From: Squalus acanthias
Lineage: Eukaryota
Assembly (NCBI GenBank): GCA_030390025.1
Contig: CM059426.1
Location: 207,638,001-207,702,000, forward strand
DNA length: 64,000 nucleotides
Direction of reading: 5' to 3'
The position numbers and the translations under genes were made by a program. Below the pieces are notes generated by a model, which saw only the letters and a list, made by a program, of their open reading frames with translations, was not told the DNA's origin and did no database searches. Each line of letters begins with the position of its first letter. Within the stretch, counting starts at the first letter, position 1. This document shows, one piece after another, positions 12,247 to 25,995 of this stretch.

Positions 12247-12835
12247 TCCTCTCCCCCCTCTCCTTTCCCCCCTCTCCTCTCGCCCCTCTCCTCTCGCCCC
12301 TCTCCTCTCGCCCCTCTCCTCTCCCCCCTCTCCTCTCCCCCCTCTCCTCTCCCGCCTCTCCTCTCTTCTCCTCTCCCCTCCTCCCCTCTCCCCTCCTCCC
12401 CTCTCCTCTCCCCCCTCTCCCTTCCTCCCCTCTCCCTTCCTCCCCTCTCCCTTCCTCCCCTCTCCCCTCCCCCTTCCTTGCCCCTTCTCCTTCCTCACCT
12501 CTGCCCCTTCCTCACCCCTCCCCCTTCCTCACCCCTCCCCCTTCCTCACCCCTCCTCTCTCCTCTCCTCTCCTCCCTCACCTCCTCCACTCACCCCACCT
12601 CTCCTTTCTTTGCCTGTGCTCTCCGCCGCCTCCTCTTCTCCCCTCCTCTCCCATCGTCTCCTCTCCCTTCCTTTCCTCTCCTCTCCTCTTGTCGCCTCTC
12701 ATCACCTCTCCTCTCCTCGCCTCTGCTCTCCTCCTCCTCCTCTACTTTCCCCTTCTCTCCTCTCCTCTCCTCTTCTCACCCCTCATCTTTTTCCTCCCCT
12801 CCTCTCCTTCCTCCCCTCCTCTCCCCTCCTCCTTG
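12247..12835 (+). repeat. Polypyrimidine (CT-rich) low-complexity tract
   Basis: Almost purely C/T with CCTCT/CCCCT units; resumes briefly after the LINE at about 15139-15188. Confidence 0.95.
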
Positions 12836-15138
12836 TTGTGCGAGGCCCCTTGGGGAGGAGCAATCATAATATGATAGAATTCTTCATTAAGATGGAGAGT
12901 GAAGTAGTTGACTCAGAGACTAGGGTCCTGAATTTAAATAAAGGAAACTACGATGGTATGAGGCACGAGTTGGCTAGGATGGATTGGGGAGCGTTACTTA
13001 AAGGGTTGATGGTGGATAGGCAATGGCAAACATTTAAAGATTGCATGGATGAACTACAAAATTTGTTCATCCCTGTTTGGCATAAAAATAAAACAAAAAA
13101 GGTGACTCAACCGTGGCTAACAAGGGAAATTAGGGATAGCATAAGATCCAAGGAGAGGACATATAAATTGGCCAGAAAAAGCAGCAAACCTGAGGATTGG
13201 GAGCAGTTTAGGATTCAGGAAAGGAGGACAAAGGGATTAATTAAGAGGGGGAAAATAGAGTATGAGAGCAAGCTTTCAGGGAACATAAAAACTGACTGTA
13301 AAAGCTACTATAGATATGTGAAGGGAAAAAGATTGGTGAAGTCAAGCGTAGGTCCCTTGCAGTCAGAATCAGGGGAATTTATAATGGGGAACAAAGAAAT
13401 GGCAGACCAATTAAATATATACTTTGGATCTGTCTTCACAAAGGAGGACACAAATAACCTCCCAGAGATGTCGGGGAACATAGGGTCTAATGAGAGGGAG
13501 GAACTGAATGAAATCAGTATTTGTAGAGAAATGGTGTTAGGGAAATTGACGGGATTGAAGGCCGATAAATCCCCAGGGCCTGATAATCTACATCCTAGGG
13601 TACTTAAGGAAGTGGCCCTAGAAATAGTAGATGCATTGCTGGTCATCTTCCAAAATTCTATAGACTCTGGAACAGTTCCGATGGATTGGAGGGTAGCTAA
13701 TGTAACCCCACTATTTAAAAAAGGTGGTAGAGAGAAAATGGGGAATTACAGACATCGGTAGTGGGGAAAATGCTAGAGTCCATTATAAAAGATATAAAAG
13801 CAGAGCACTTGGAAAACAGTGACAGGATCGGACAAAGTCAACATGGATTTACAAAAGGTAAATCATGCTTGACTAATCTACTGGAATTTTTTGAGGATGT
13901 AACTGGTAGAATAGATAAGGGAGAACCAGTGGATGTGGTGTATTTGGACTTTCAGAAGGCTTTCGATAAGGTCCCGCATAAGAGATTAGCGTGCAAAGTT
14001 AAAGCACACGGGATTGGGGGTAAGGTACTGTCTTGGATAGAAAACTGGTTGGCAGACAGGAAGCAAAGAGTTGGAATAAACGGGTCTTTTTTCCGAGTGG
14101 CAGGTAGTGACTAGTGGGGTACCACAGGGATCGGTGCTAGGACCCCAGTTATTCACAATATATATTAATGATCTAGACGAGGGAACTAGATGTAATATCT
14201 TCAAGTTTGCAGACGACACAAACCTGGGTGGGTGGGTGTGTGTGCTGTGAGGAGGATGCAGAGAAACTCCAGTATGATTTGGACAGGTTGGGTGATTGGG
14301 CAGATGCATGGCAAATGCAGTATAATGTGGATAAATGCGAGGTTATCCACTTTGGTGGCAAAAACAGGAAGACAGATTATTATCTGAATGGCAATAGATT
14401 GGGAAAAGGGGAAGTGCAACGAGACCTGGGTGTCCTTGTGCACCAGTCGCTGAAGGTAAGCATGCAGGTGCAGCAGGCGGTTAAGAAGGCAAATGGTATG
14501 TTGGCTTTCATAGCGAGAGGATTCGAGTACAGGAGCAAGGATGTCTTGCTGCAGTTGTACAGGGCCTTGGTGAGACCACACCTTGAGTATTGTGTGCAGT
14601 TTTGGTCGCCTTATCTGAGGAAGGATGTTCTTGCCATGGAGAGTGCAGCGAAGATTCACCAGACTGATACCTGGGATGGCAGGAATGACGTATGAAGAGA
14701 GATTGGGTCGATTGGGCTTGTATTCGCTAGAGTTTAGAAGACTGAGAGGGGATCTCTTTGAAACTTATAAAATTCTAACAGGACTAGACAGACTAGATGC
14801 AGGAAGGATGCTCCCGATGGTGGGGGAGTCCAGAACCAGGGGTCACAGTCTAAAGATAAGGGGTAAGCCATTTAGGACTGAGATGAGGAGGAATTTCTTC
14901 ACCCAGAGAGTGGTGAACCTGTGGAATTCTCTACCACAGAAGACAGTTGAGTCCAATTCATTAAATATATTCAAGAAGGAGTTCGATATATTTCTTAAGG
15001 CTAAGGGGATCAAGGGATATGGGGAGAAAGCAGGGACAGGGTACTGAATTTGGATGATCAGCCATGATCGCATTGAATGGCGGAGCAGGCTCGAGGAGCC
15101 GAATGGCCTACTCCTGCTATCTTCTATGTTTCTATGTT
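12836..15138 (+). mobile_element. CR1 LINE, 2.3-kb 5'-truncated ORF2 with frameshifts
   Basis: End of endonuclease (PLGRSNHNMIEF), KSPGPDNLHPRVLKE, QHGFTKGKSCLTNL, VYLDFQKAFDKVPH, FADD region and 3' tail, split across four ORFs. Confidence 0.95.
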
Positions 15139-16142
15139 TCTCCTCTCCTCGCCTAGCTCTCCTCTCTTCCCTCTCCTGTCTTCTCCCATTGACTGCTGCG
15201 CTTCCTGCAATACCCTTCAAAATTACTTCATTGGCTGTAAAGCGCTTTGGGACTTCCTGGGGTCATGAAAGGTGCTGTAGAAATGCAAGTCTTCCTTTAT
15301 TTCTATGTGACTCCATGATGTCCCCATTCTGCTTTGTATCTCCGAGGTCCCCTAATTCTTTCTATCAGCTGGTGGCCATTCAGAGGATTGACACTGCGTT
15401 GGCAGGTTCGAGCATAAAATGCCATGGACAACCCCATGGCATATAAATGATGCTTAGAAAGGAAATAACCTCAGTCAGATATTAGCAAATGTCAATGATC
15501 AAATCTTTGGCTTTTCCAAAGGCTGACATCTAACCTTCCTAGCTGGCAGAAGCATCGGAAGGAAGTAATCTAAAATGCAATTATAACAGCACTGAATTGT
15601 CCAAATATAGCCATGCAATTTTCAGTTCTTGTATCCCATGTAACAGCTTGCTGCCTTGAAACCGTCGAGTGATAATGTGAAAGTAGCACAGAGTGGGTTA
15701 CAACATGAGGCTCAGTGAAGGAAATTTCTTTCGCCTTTGATAATACTGCTTTCAATTTCATTGTCCTTATACCATTAGACCCGATGTTGCTTGAGTAAAT
15801 TGGATTCTCGCGCTATGTCCATACTTTCGTATCATCTGGAGGCCCATTGGAGTCTGCGTATCGAAGAACCTCCTGCTTCCAAACGCGGTGTTGTCAACAT
15901 CAGTTAAACTTAGGACTGAGGTGCACAATCAAAAAAGAATGGTATAGATCAAAGGCCCATTTTAACACCTGGAACTGGTGTTTATTTTCCCAGAGTGGTT
16001 TAAACGTAGATTAATCACTAATAGCTTGTCACTCTGAACCAAGCGAGAGGCCTGGGTCGGGCAAATATCAGCAAGTTGGGAAAACATTAGAAGGATTTAT
16101 ACACTGGCCATTACACAAAGGAGAAAGATCTTGCATTCCTAT

Positions 16143-16545
16143 ATCATAGAGGTCTACGGCACAGAAGGAGGCCATTCAACCCATCGTGTCTGTGCCAGCC
16201 GAAAAAGATCTATCCGGCCTAATCCCACTTATCAGCTCTTGGTCCATAGCCCTGCAGGTTACGGCACTTCAAGCGCATATCCAAGTACTTTTTAAATGTG
16301 ATGAGGGTTTCTGCCTCTACCACCCTTTCAGGCAGTGAGTTCCAGACCCCCACCACCCTCTGGGTGGAAAAAGTTCTCCTCAACTCCCCTCTAATCCTTC
16401 TACCAATTACTTTAAATCTATGCCCCCTGGTTATTGACCCTTCTGCTAAGAGAAATAGGTCCTTCCTATCCACTCTATCTAGGCCCCTCATAATTTTGTA
16501 CACCTCAATTAAATCTCCCCTCAGCCGCCTCTGTTCCAAAGAAAA
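16143..16545 (-). mobile_element. CR1 LINE 3' fragment
   Basis: ORF 16219-16539(-) EQRRLRGDLIEVYKIMRG. Confidence 0.9.
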
Positions 16546-16549
16546 AAGT

Positions 16550-16922
16550 GCCTTTCGAATCTACAGGATGTCCCAAAACATCCAACTAATTACTTTGTGG
16601 ACAAACACAGGAGCCAAGTTACACACAGCAAGATCCCACAAACAGCAGTGAGATAAATAATCAGTTTTTTTTTAGTGATGTTGGTTGAGGGAGGGTTGTT
16701 GTCCAGGACATGTCATGGGGATCTTTTACATCCACCTGAACAGGCAGATGCGGCCTTAGTTAGACATGTGATCCAAAAGACGGCACCTTCGGCAATGCAG
16801 CACTCCCTCCGCACCTCACTGAAGTAGCAGCCTCGATCAAGTGCTCAGGTCCTGGAGTGGGACTTGAACCCCCAACCAGCTGGCTCTGAGGAAAGAATGC
16901 TACCACTGAGCAAAACTGACAC
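16550..16922 (-). mobile_element. Deu-domain SINE, diverged
   Basis: Reverse-complement similarity to 1078-1542, including the B-box. Confidence 0.72.
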
Positions 16923-17517
16923 TTGAAGCAATGCTCACTTTTCAGACAGCCTCAACAGGTGCCATGACAGTAAAACTAATTGTGTTTAACTATTATTTAT
17001 GACTGTTTAGTATGTGTTAAACCAGTGACTAAAGTTTCAAACTTTTGATGCCAGAATGTCTTCAGATGTCTGTTGGAGTTAGATTTATGATTATTACATC
17101 ACATCAGTCGCTCTCGTAGCCGTTATGTCTTATTGTAGAACTATTGGAATCATGATGGTGCATCTTGTTAATGTGCAAGCACACAGCAATAGTACAAAGT
17201 ACTATTATTATGCACGGCAACCTTTCCACTTGCGGGAACTGCTGTATTTTTCCTGCATTTCATTTAAGAAGCACAATCTCATTTCTGGGTGCAGTCAGCA
17301 AATCAGAGAATTATAGTGCCGAGCCATGTCTGTCTACATAAGCTTCTATCTACATATCACATAATCTTGATTTAAAGAAGTGTGCTAAATGGGCTGAATG
17401 GCCATTTCTCACCTCTAAGCTTCTTCACTTGTGATGTTTAATTGTAGGGGAAAGACAGCACCGCAGTAAATCAGGCTTATTTATTAATGAGTAGATAGTA
17501 ATGTGCGTTCATAAATA

Positions 17518-18150
17518 GTGTCAGTTCACCTCAGCAAGTTGTACTCTTGCTTCTGGGTTAGAAGGCCGTGGGTTCAAGCCCCAGTCCAGTCACCTCAGCG
17601 CATAATCTAGGCTGACACTTCAGTGCAGTACTGAGGGAATACTGTATACTTGAGATGTTAAACTGAGGCACTGCCTGTTCAGTTGGACATAAGAGATCTC
17701 GCATCACTATTTGAAGAAGTTCTCTTCAGGTGTCCCGGCCAATATTTATCCTTCAACCAAAACCACCAAAACAGATTAGTGGGTCATTTCTCTCATTGTT
17801 TGTGGAACCTTGCTGTGCGCACATTGGCTGCCGCCTTTGCCCACATAATTAATACACTTCAAAAGTAATTCATTGGCTGTTGAGCACTTTGGGATGTTCT
17901 GAGGATATGAAAGGTGCGATATGAATGTAAGTTCTTTCATTCTCTCCTCGCTGATACAGAAGGTTGCAGGATCGACTCCCACTCCAGCCACTTCAGTATA
18001 TAATCTCAGCTGACACTGCAGTGCGCGTACTTTCAGATGAGGAAAAAAAAAGGTCCCATCTGGCTGAACGTAAAAGATCCCACGGGACTGCACAAAGAAG
18101 AGCAGGGGAGTTCACCCAGTGTCCCGGCCGACATTTGGCCCCAGCCAAAA
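17518..18150 (+). mobile_element. Two tandem diverged Deu-domain SINE copies
   Basis: GGTTCAAGCCC B-box, CTGACACTTCAGTGCAGT core, tail ending about 17945; second partial copy from about 17955. Confidence 0.7.
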
Positions 18151-18334
18151 AAACGATTAGCCCTGATTTGAACCCTGCAACCGCGAATGGGACGGGCCGT
18201 TAGTTAAAATGGCGGTCATGTTCTCACCACGTTCCCGATGTGTTCCCGCTGTCTGCCATCTTTACTCAGCAAAATACATGTTCAGAAATCGTCCTGCTCC
18301 TGGCAGGCGAGGGAAGGGGGGGGTACCAAATGAT

Positions 18335-18710
18335 TCACGGGATGTGGGCATCACTGGCAAGGCCAGCATTTATTGCCCATCCCTAGTTGCCCTCGAGAAG
18401 GTGGTGGTGGGCCGCCTTCTTGAACCGCTGCAGTCCGTGTGGTGAAGGTGCTCCCACAGTGCTGTTAGGGAGGGAGTTCCAGGACTTTGGCCCAGCGACG
18501 ATGAAGGAACGGCAATATATTTCCAAGTTAGGATGGTGTGTGACTTGGAGGGGAACTTGGAGGTGGTGGTGTTCCCATGCGCCTGCTGCCCTTGTCCTTC
18601 TAGACGGTAGAGGTTGTGGGTTTGGGAGGTGCTGTGGAAGAAGCCTTGGCAAGTTGCTGCAGTGCATCTTGTAGATGGCACACACTGTAGCCACGGTGTG
18701 CCGTGGTAAC
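18335..18710 (-). mobile_element. LINE 3' fragment (CR1/L2 superclade, second family) inside a MITE-like element
   Basis: ORF 18383-18712(-) VCAIYKMHCSN...RSFIVAGPKSWNSLPNSTVG; same family as 32755-33170. Confidence 0.8.
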
Positions 18711-19705
18711 ATTCAAAAGTCGCGGCCCTATGATGACATCGACGCTGCCTCGCAATTTTAACCTAACAAAATCAGGAGATCAGCGAACCCGCAAGCGAGA
18801 CCTGTAGGGAGGCTGCGACTGTGCTCTGAGAGTGCGCTGACGACATGTTACTGCATAGTCTGAGCCATCTACTTACCTTGATTGTTTCTTTGCAGCCTTT
18901 CTGGCAGGTAGAATGTCATATTTTATAGTCTGTATCAGGCTACAGAATTTAATGTCATATCGAATGATTGCAGTCGCCTTACGTCAGGTGAAATAACAAT
19001 ACTGCAGTCTTCAAATCAAGAAAAATAATGATATTATAGTGTACGTCAAATGGAATAACTATATCATAATCATACGGAATAACTGTATCATCTCCTTTTG
19101 TCAGCCGGAAGAACTATCTTATACTCAATGTCAGGTGAATTAGCTTGGCGGTTTTCATCCTTTATGTCTGGATTATCATTATACACGCTAGACTGGGGGA
19201 AAAAAAAACTTTCAGTGCGCACGCCTTCGGATCACAGAAAATGTCTGACAGAGAAATACAGGTAGGGTAATAGTCTAACTATTGCCAACGTGCCACATTT
19301 AGTAAATGATAGTCTGGCCATTAAGCTTGCATTGGGTACTGCAACTTCCAATGGGGATTTGACCCTGTGGTGAATTTTTTCTGTATTAAAATATCAATTC
19401 CGATTAAATTGCTATGTTAATTCCACCAGCATGAAGGGAAAGAGGTCAACGGTTCTGATTAGTTGAAGTCACACTATAAATTTTTAATCTCGCATGGCAT
19501 ACTGTTGGGATTGTGAATTTGTTTCAGTATATAGACAAAGGCTATAGTCCTGTGCCGGCATTAGTGTGTTCAAACATGTAGTCAAAAAAAACGCTTGCAG
19601 GTTTATTAAAGTTAAATGTTACACACACTCATGGCCAACACCTGAGGTCACATGTGATGCCGCTGTAGAAGAATAGTCATGACATTGAGCTGAACTTACT
19701 CCTCA

Positions 19706-20150
19706 GTGCCAGCTGTGGCTCAGTGGGTAGCACCCTCGCCTCTGAGTCAGAAGGTTGTCAAAAATCTAGGCTGACACTCCAGTGCAGTGCTGAGGGAGTG
19801 CTGCACTGTCGGAGGTGCCGTCTTTCGGATGAGACGTTAAACCGAGGCCCCGTCTGCTCTCTTAGGGGGACGTAAAAGATCCCATGCACTATTTCGAAGA
19901 AGAGCATGGGGAGTTATCCCCGGTGTCCTGGCCAATATTTATCCCTCAATCAACATGACAAAAACAGATTATCTGGTCATTATCACATCGCCGTTTATGG
20001 GATCTTGCTGTGCGCAAATTGGCTGCTGCGTTTCCAACATTACAACAGTGACTACACTTCAAAAAGTACTTCATTGGCTGTAAAGCACTTTGAGATGTCC
20101 GGTGGTCGTGAAAGGCGCTATATAAATTCAAGTTTGTCTTCCTTCCTTCC
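19706..20150 (+). mobile_element. Deu-domain SINE, well preserved
   Basis: GTGGCTCAGTGG A-box head, Deu core and tail; short deletion over the B-box. Confidence 0.87.
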
Positions 20151-20454
20151 CCATTTCTTCCCCATTTCTTTCCCCTTGCGGTTATGATCTCACTTCATGT
20201 ATCCTGTTTCTAAGCCGTGCTATTCCACAGCTTTTGCGTCCATAACCCTTCGCCTGCTTTCGGGACCAGCCCTTATCAAGGTGTCCTAGGCCCGCAAAAT
20301 ATTATGCTCCCAAAATTGCACTAAAAGCATCGGTGTTTGGGTTAACCAGGAATAAAAAGAGAACTGAGTCTCCAGTTTGGGGTGAAGAAGTGAATCTAAA
20401 TGTAAACATGTAACAGCTGGCACTAAAGAATGCTGTAGTAATCTTTTGTATAGG

Positions 20455-20775
20455 CACAACCACAACTTGTATTTATATAGCGTCTTTAACGTAGTAAAAC
20501 ATCCCAAGGTGCTTCACAGCAGCGTTATCAGACAAAATTTGACACCGAGCCACATAAGGAGATATTAGGACAGATGACCAAAAGCTTGGTCAAAGAGGTA
20601 GGTTTTAAGGAGCGTCTTAAAGGAGGAGACAGAGGTAGAGAGGCGGAGAGGTTTGGGGAAGGAATTCCAGAGCTTAGGGCCCAGGCAGCTGAAGGCACGG
20701 CCGCCAATGGTGAAGTGATTAAAATCGGGGATGCGCAAGAGGCCAGAATTGGAAGAGCGCAGAGATCTCGGAGGT
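20455..20775 (-). mobile_element. L2 LINE 3' fragment
   Basis: Same 3' end as 41885-42590. Confidence 0.83.
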
Positions 20776-21149
20776 ACACTGTCAGCCTTGCTTGCAGTAT
20801 TTTACAGCAGAAATAATCTAAAATGTAATGTAGTGGAAGAATATAAGTAGTTTTTTTGTGTAAAATGGATTCCCTCACTGTATCTCAATCTTCATCTCTA
20901 ACACCACCTTCTATTGATATTATAACTCACATTCAGTGCAATGAAAACCTGCTCTTTCTACACGGGAGATGAGACTGAAAGGCTGACTTGAAATTGTTGA
21001 GATGATGAGATTGGAGATACCAGCGTGAAAAATAAATGGCTTTTATTTTTTAAAGGTGTTTAAATGCTGCGAGTCTGACCCAAAACAGAATATGCTGGTA
21101 ATACTCGGCAGGTCAGGCAGCATCTGTGGAGAAAGAAACAGAGTCAACA

Positions 21150-21608
21150 GCCACGATTTTAAGTTTGCGACTGACTGGGAGCAGGGTGGTGGGGGAGGGG
21201 GGGGAGGTGTTCGATTGCGCGCGGGAAACCCGGAAGTAAGTGCAGCGCGTCTGTCGGTGTTTCGGCCACCTCATTATCATTTTCCTTTCGGGTTTCCCGT
21301 CCAATCAGCAGGCGAGCTGTGGACCCGCATGGCGCGATCTCAACTCCAGTATTTAAAGGGACGATGCTAGCAATGCAAGTTGAAGGAGTTGGAGTTGGCT
21401 GTCCGATAGCTGGAACTGGCAGAATGGAGTCCGGACGGGCAAAGGCCGCGTCTCGTTCTGGTGACGCCTCCCTGGGTGTGCTGCTGGGGTCGGTGAGGAG
21501 TTGGAGAGAGATGCTCTTCCCTAGTAACGGGAGGAAGACGCCTGCAGCGGAGACCAAGAAGGCTTGGTTGGAGGTTGCCGAGGAGGTCAGCAGCAGGAGC
21601 GCGGTGCC
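21150..21608 (+). mobile_element. Truncated Harbinger end with partial Myb/SANT exon
   Basis: MESGRAKAASRSGDASLGVLL...LFPSNGRK...TKKAWLEVAEEVSSRS, homologous to Myb exon 1 at 10742-10981; truncated by a SINE tail. Confidence 0.75.
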
Positions 21609-21689
21609 ATTGGCTGTCAGCTGCTTTGGGACGTCCTGAGGTCATGAAAGTCGCTACATAAATGCAAATTCTTCCTTATTTTGTTAATC

Positions 21690-21960
21690 AGACGAAAATT
21701 GAGATTGAGCCGAAGAAGGTGATATATTAGGAGGGGTGGCTCAAAGTTTGGTCCAAATAGTAAGTTTTAAGCATGGTCTTAGAGGAGGAGAGAGAGGCGG
21801 AGAGGTTTAGGGAGGGAATTCCAGAGCTCAGGGCCGAGACAACTGAAGTCACGGCTGCTAGTGGTGGGGCGAGGGGAGCAGGCAATGTGTAGGAGGCCAG
21901 AGTTGGAGGAGCACAGAGTTCTCGGAGGATCGCAGGGCTGTGAGCGGTTACAGAGATGCA
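21690..21960 (-). mobile_element. L2 LINE fragment, diverged
   Basis: GAGAGGTTTAGGGAGGGAATTCCAGAGC signature shared with the other L2 copies. Confidence 0.72.
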
Positions 21961-23319
21961 GAGAGTTACTGAAATGCTTGTGAATAATGCAATTAATCCC
22001 ATGAAGCTACAAACCTGGAATAATGGGTCATTATAATAAATGTTAGAGCATAATAAGTGTTAAGAAATATTCCTGTAAGTATTTAGCGAGTCAGAATACA
22101 TGCTCGCATCACATCTGATGAATGTTAAGACAGGGCTTTCTCATTTACAGCTATGTGATTCAGTGTTACAAATTATTATATAATGTTAAATATGGATATT
22201 GGCAGGTGATGCTGGAAGGCAAGTTGTCATGTCGAGCTAATTATCCGAAAGGATCTGGAGACACTTGACACTTGGCACTTAGCTTGGTGATTGGCAAATT
22301 ACCTTTAACGCTGATGAATGTAAAATAATACGCACTGAGCCCAATATTGAGCATGATCTCACAAGGGGATATGATAATGGAACAGCCAAACAATTAGTTT
22401 CAGGTAGAGGTGGCGATGGGAAGGGGAGAAGAAGCATCAGCACCACAGCACGGCACACAAATTAATCCGGTAAATACAGTTTTTGATGAAAGGCTATCAT
22501 TATTTACTCGTCCAATGAGATAATATTGCACTGTATAAACCAATAGTTAAAGCACATTTATAATGTTTTGGTGGCTTTACTTGTATAATGAGATTAGAAT
22601 ACTATTAAACAGTGCCTGGTTGTTTAGCAAGATATCAAAGGGCTTATGTTCCTGACTCTTGCTCCCCGGCGAATGCCCATTTTACTTGGCGCAGGGATTT
22701 TTTGGGGCTGCAATTGGCCTATGCCAACAGCGCGGAACAGGCTTATCGCTAATCGGCAGTCCCGTTTTACACCTGCGCCCGATCTCCTTTCCCATTGACG
22801 GGTGTGAAGCGGGCTGCCCATTCGCTGTGAGTCCCTTTCGCGCGACTGGCAAAGACCAATGTTGCCCCCACCACCCGCCTCGTGTTTTCCTGGGGCTTCC
22901 TGGAGGGAGCGTAACTGGCGCAGACCCTTTGTTGTAATGGTAATGAGACGGGAGCAGGCGTACCCCCACCCACACCACCCCCCCCCACCCCCCCATCCCC
23001 TTTCCTGGGCAGTTTCTGGCTGGTCGCCCCAGCGCACTGCCAACCAGTGAAACCGTGATGCTGTGACCTGCCCCATCGGATCCATACCAAGCAGAGGGTC
23101 CTGACAACAGGCCAATGACATTTGGGTAAGTTTTCATTATTCTAAGTTCACTCCCCACCTCCCCCTCAGGATGTTTTCAGGCAATCAGAGTTTACTGGCT
23201 GGTGATCGCCAATTTCCAGCCAGTAGGCCCTGATCTTGGAGGCTTGAGAGACCTGTGGTTGCACTGAAGGTTCCTGCCCCCTCTGCCAGCGCTAGGCCAT
23301 TAATGGCCCAGGGCAGGAA

Positions 23320-23836
23320 GTCCTAGGAAGGATATATTGGCCTTGGAGCGAGTGCAGCGTAGATTTACCAGAATGATACCTGGACTCCAAGGGTTAATTT
23401 ATGAGGAGAGATTACACAAACTAGGGTCGTATTCCATGGAATTTAGAAGGTTAAGGGGTGATTTGATCAAAGTTTTCAAGATGTTAAGGGGAACTGATAG
23501 GGTAGATAGAGAGAAACTATTTCCGCTGGTTGTGAATTCTAGGACTAGGGGGCATAGTCTAAAAATTAGAGCCAGACCTTTCAGGAGTGAAATTAGGAAA
23601 CACTTCTACACACAAAAGGTGGTAGAAGTTTGGAACTCTCTTCCACAAACGGCAGTTGATCTTATGTCAATTGTTAATTTTAAATCTGAGATTGATAGAT
23701 TTTTGTTAACCAAAGGTATTAAGGGATATGGGCCAAAGGCGGGTATATGGAGTTAGGTCGCAGATCACCCATGATCTCATTGAATGGTGGAACAGACTCG
23801 AGGGGCTAAATGGCCTACTCCTGTTCCTATGTTCCT
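23320..23836 (+). mobile_element. CR1 LINE 3' fragment inside a GC-rich MITE-like element (about 22640-23925)
   Basis: ORF 23337-23756 ALERVQRRFTRMIPG. Confidence 0.9.
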
Positions 23837-24179
23837 GTGCACCTAGGCCAGTTCGGGAGCAGTGCACTTCGGGTGAGATTCAGTAATCCAGTTAAGGGGA
23901 AGGTTGGTAGGAAAACCTTCCCTTAAAGGTCCTATGACACTAATGAAAGGAGAGCAGGGAATTTCCCTCGTGCTCTGTCAATATTCCTCCCTCAATCAAC
24001 ACCACAAAAACAGATTTCACTCTCATTGCTCTTTATAGGACTGTGCTGTGCGCAAAATGGCTGCGCAATTTAATTTATGCTTTGTGCATCATTTGCGATG
24101 TTTCTGAGATGTGATAAGGCGCTGTGCAAATGCAACTTCCTTTTACAAAGAGACCGAGAAAGTGCAAGCAAGCAGATTG

Positions 24180-24470
24180 TAGAATCATAAAATGACACAG
24201 CACAGACGGAGGCCATTCAGCCCATCGTGCCTGTGCCGGCTCTTTGGTAGAGCTCTCCAATTAATCCCACTTCCCTGCTCTTTCCCCAGAGCCCTCCAAA
24301 TGTTTTCCGTTCAATTATTTATCCAATTCCCTTTTGAATGTTAATATTGAACCTGCTTCCACCACTTTTTCAGGCAGCGCATTCCAGATCATAACAAATC
24401 GCTGTGTAAATTTTTTTTTTCTCCATGTTGCCTCTGGTTCTTTTGCCAATCACCTTAAATCTACCCTCTA
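24180..24470 (-). mobile_element. CR1 LINE 3' fragment
   Basis: Same tail as 30955-31510. Confidence 0.8.
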
Positions 24471-24644
24471 GTTATTTGACTTCTTTACTCTGTGGAAATA
24501 AATGAAAGGAACACAAATTCATCTCCTTAGGAGATGGTTGTAGAGGAAAGTGATATAAATATTTAAAATAATGAATGGCATGGTTCAAATGGAGGGCAAC
24601 AATTTCTTCAAACAATTCCTGAAGCATAGGTCAAGGAGATAATA

Positions 24645-25076
24645 GAAAAAAGAAAGACTTGCATTTCTATAGCGCCTTTCATGACCACCGGACGTCACAA
24701 AGCACTTTACAGCCAATGAAGTACTTTTTGAAGTGTAGTCACTGTTGTAATGTAGGAAACGCGGCAGCCAATTTGTGCACAGCAAGCTCCCACAAACAGC
24801 AATGTGATAATGACCAGATAATCTGTTTGTGATGTTGATTGAGGAATAAATATTGACCAGGATACCGGTGGTAACTCCCCTGCTCTTCTTCGAAATAGTC
24901 CACCTGAGAGAGCAGATGGGGCCTCGGTTTAACATCTCATCAGAAAGATGGCACCTCCGACAGTGCGGCACTCCCTCAATACTGCACTGGAGTGTCAGCC
25001 TAGGTTTCGTGCTCAAGTCTCTGGAGTGAAACTTGAACCCACAACCGTCTGACTCAGAGGTGAGGGTGCTACCCAC
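24645..25076 (-). mobile_element. Deu-domain SINE
   Basis: Reverse complement of the 19706-20150 family. Confidence 0.86.
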
Positions 25077-25419
25077 GACGTTATGGGAAAAGTCAGCTCG
25101 TGGTGAAATATATCCTCACACAGGGCTACTGATGAATACAATCAACGCCATCCTATGAATCAGGAAGTAAAGCTGTGGATTTCATTCAGAAACAACTTGA
25201 GATGATTGTAACACAGCAGCAGCCAAAGACATATACGTCTAGATAAGGGTTTAGATAATAGGATGGCCAGCTGCTTGTGGGGATTGAAAAGGACTTAGAA
25301 TTGAGGTAACAGAGATGCTTGAATTATGAGGGGAGAGATAAGACAGAGGTGACTGTGCAAAGCATTAATCCAGATATCGAGAAAGTAACTGAATGGGGCA
25401 AATCAGGAGAATGGGCTTT

Positions 25420-25995
25420 TACATAGAATGTCCAGCACAGAAACAGGGCATTCGGCCCAACTGGTCCATGCTGGTGTTTATGCTCCACACGAGCCTCCTC
25501 CCCACCCTACTTCATCTAACCCTATCTGCAGATCCTTCTATTCCTCTCTCCCTCATGTACTTGTCTAGCATCCCCTTAAATGTATCTAATGCTATTCGCC
25601 TCAACCACTCCCTGTGGGAGCGAGTTCCACATTCTAACCACTCTCTGGTGAAAGCAGTTTCTCCTGAATTCCCTATTGGATTTATGAATGACTATCTTAT
25701 ATTTGTGTCCTCTAGTTTTGGACTCCCCCACAAGTGGAAGCATCTTCTCTACATCTACCCTAGCAAACCCCATCATAATTTTAAAGACCTCTCATAGGTC
25801 ACCTCTCAGATTTCTCTTTTCTAGAGAAAAGAGCCCCGGCCTCTTCAGTAATTCCTGATGAGTATAACCGCTCAGTTCTGGTATCATCCCTGTGAATCTT
25901 TTTTGCACTTTCTCCGGTGCCTCTATATCCTTTCTGTAACACGGAGATCAGGACTGTGCACAGTACTCTAAGTGTGGCCCAACTAAGGTCCGATA
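25420..25995 (-). mobile_element. CR1 LINE fragment (subfamily also at 28265-28497, 35790-36372, 40740-41465, 58740-58920)
   Basis: ORF 25576-25776(-) RVVRMWNSLPQGVVEA; ACATAGAATT-type tail. Confidence 0.85.

Noticed and set aside
11970-12874. Long Pro/Ser/Leu-rich ORFs
   Set aside because: Artefacts of the N gap and the stop-free CT tract.
18730-18830. C/D-box snoRNA-like ATGATGA...CTGA
   Set aside because: No terminal stem or recognisable guide; TGATGACATC also occurs inside a MITE at 43321.
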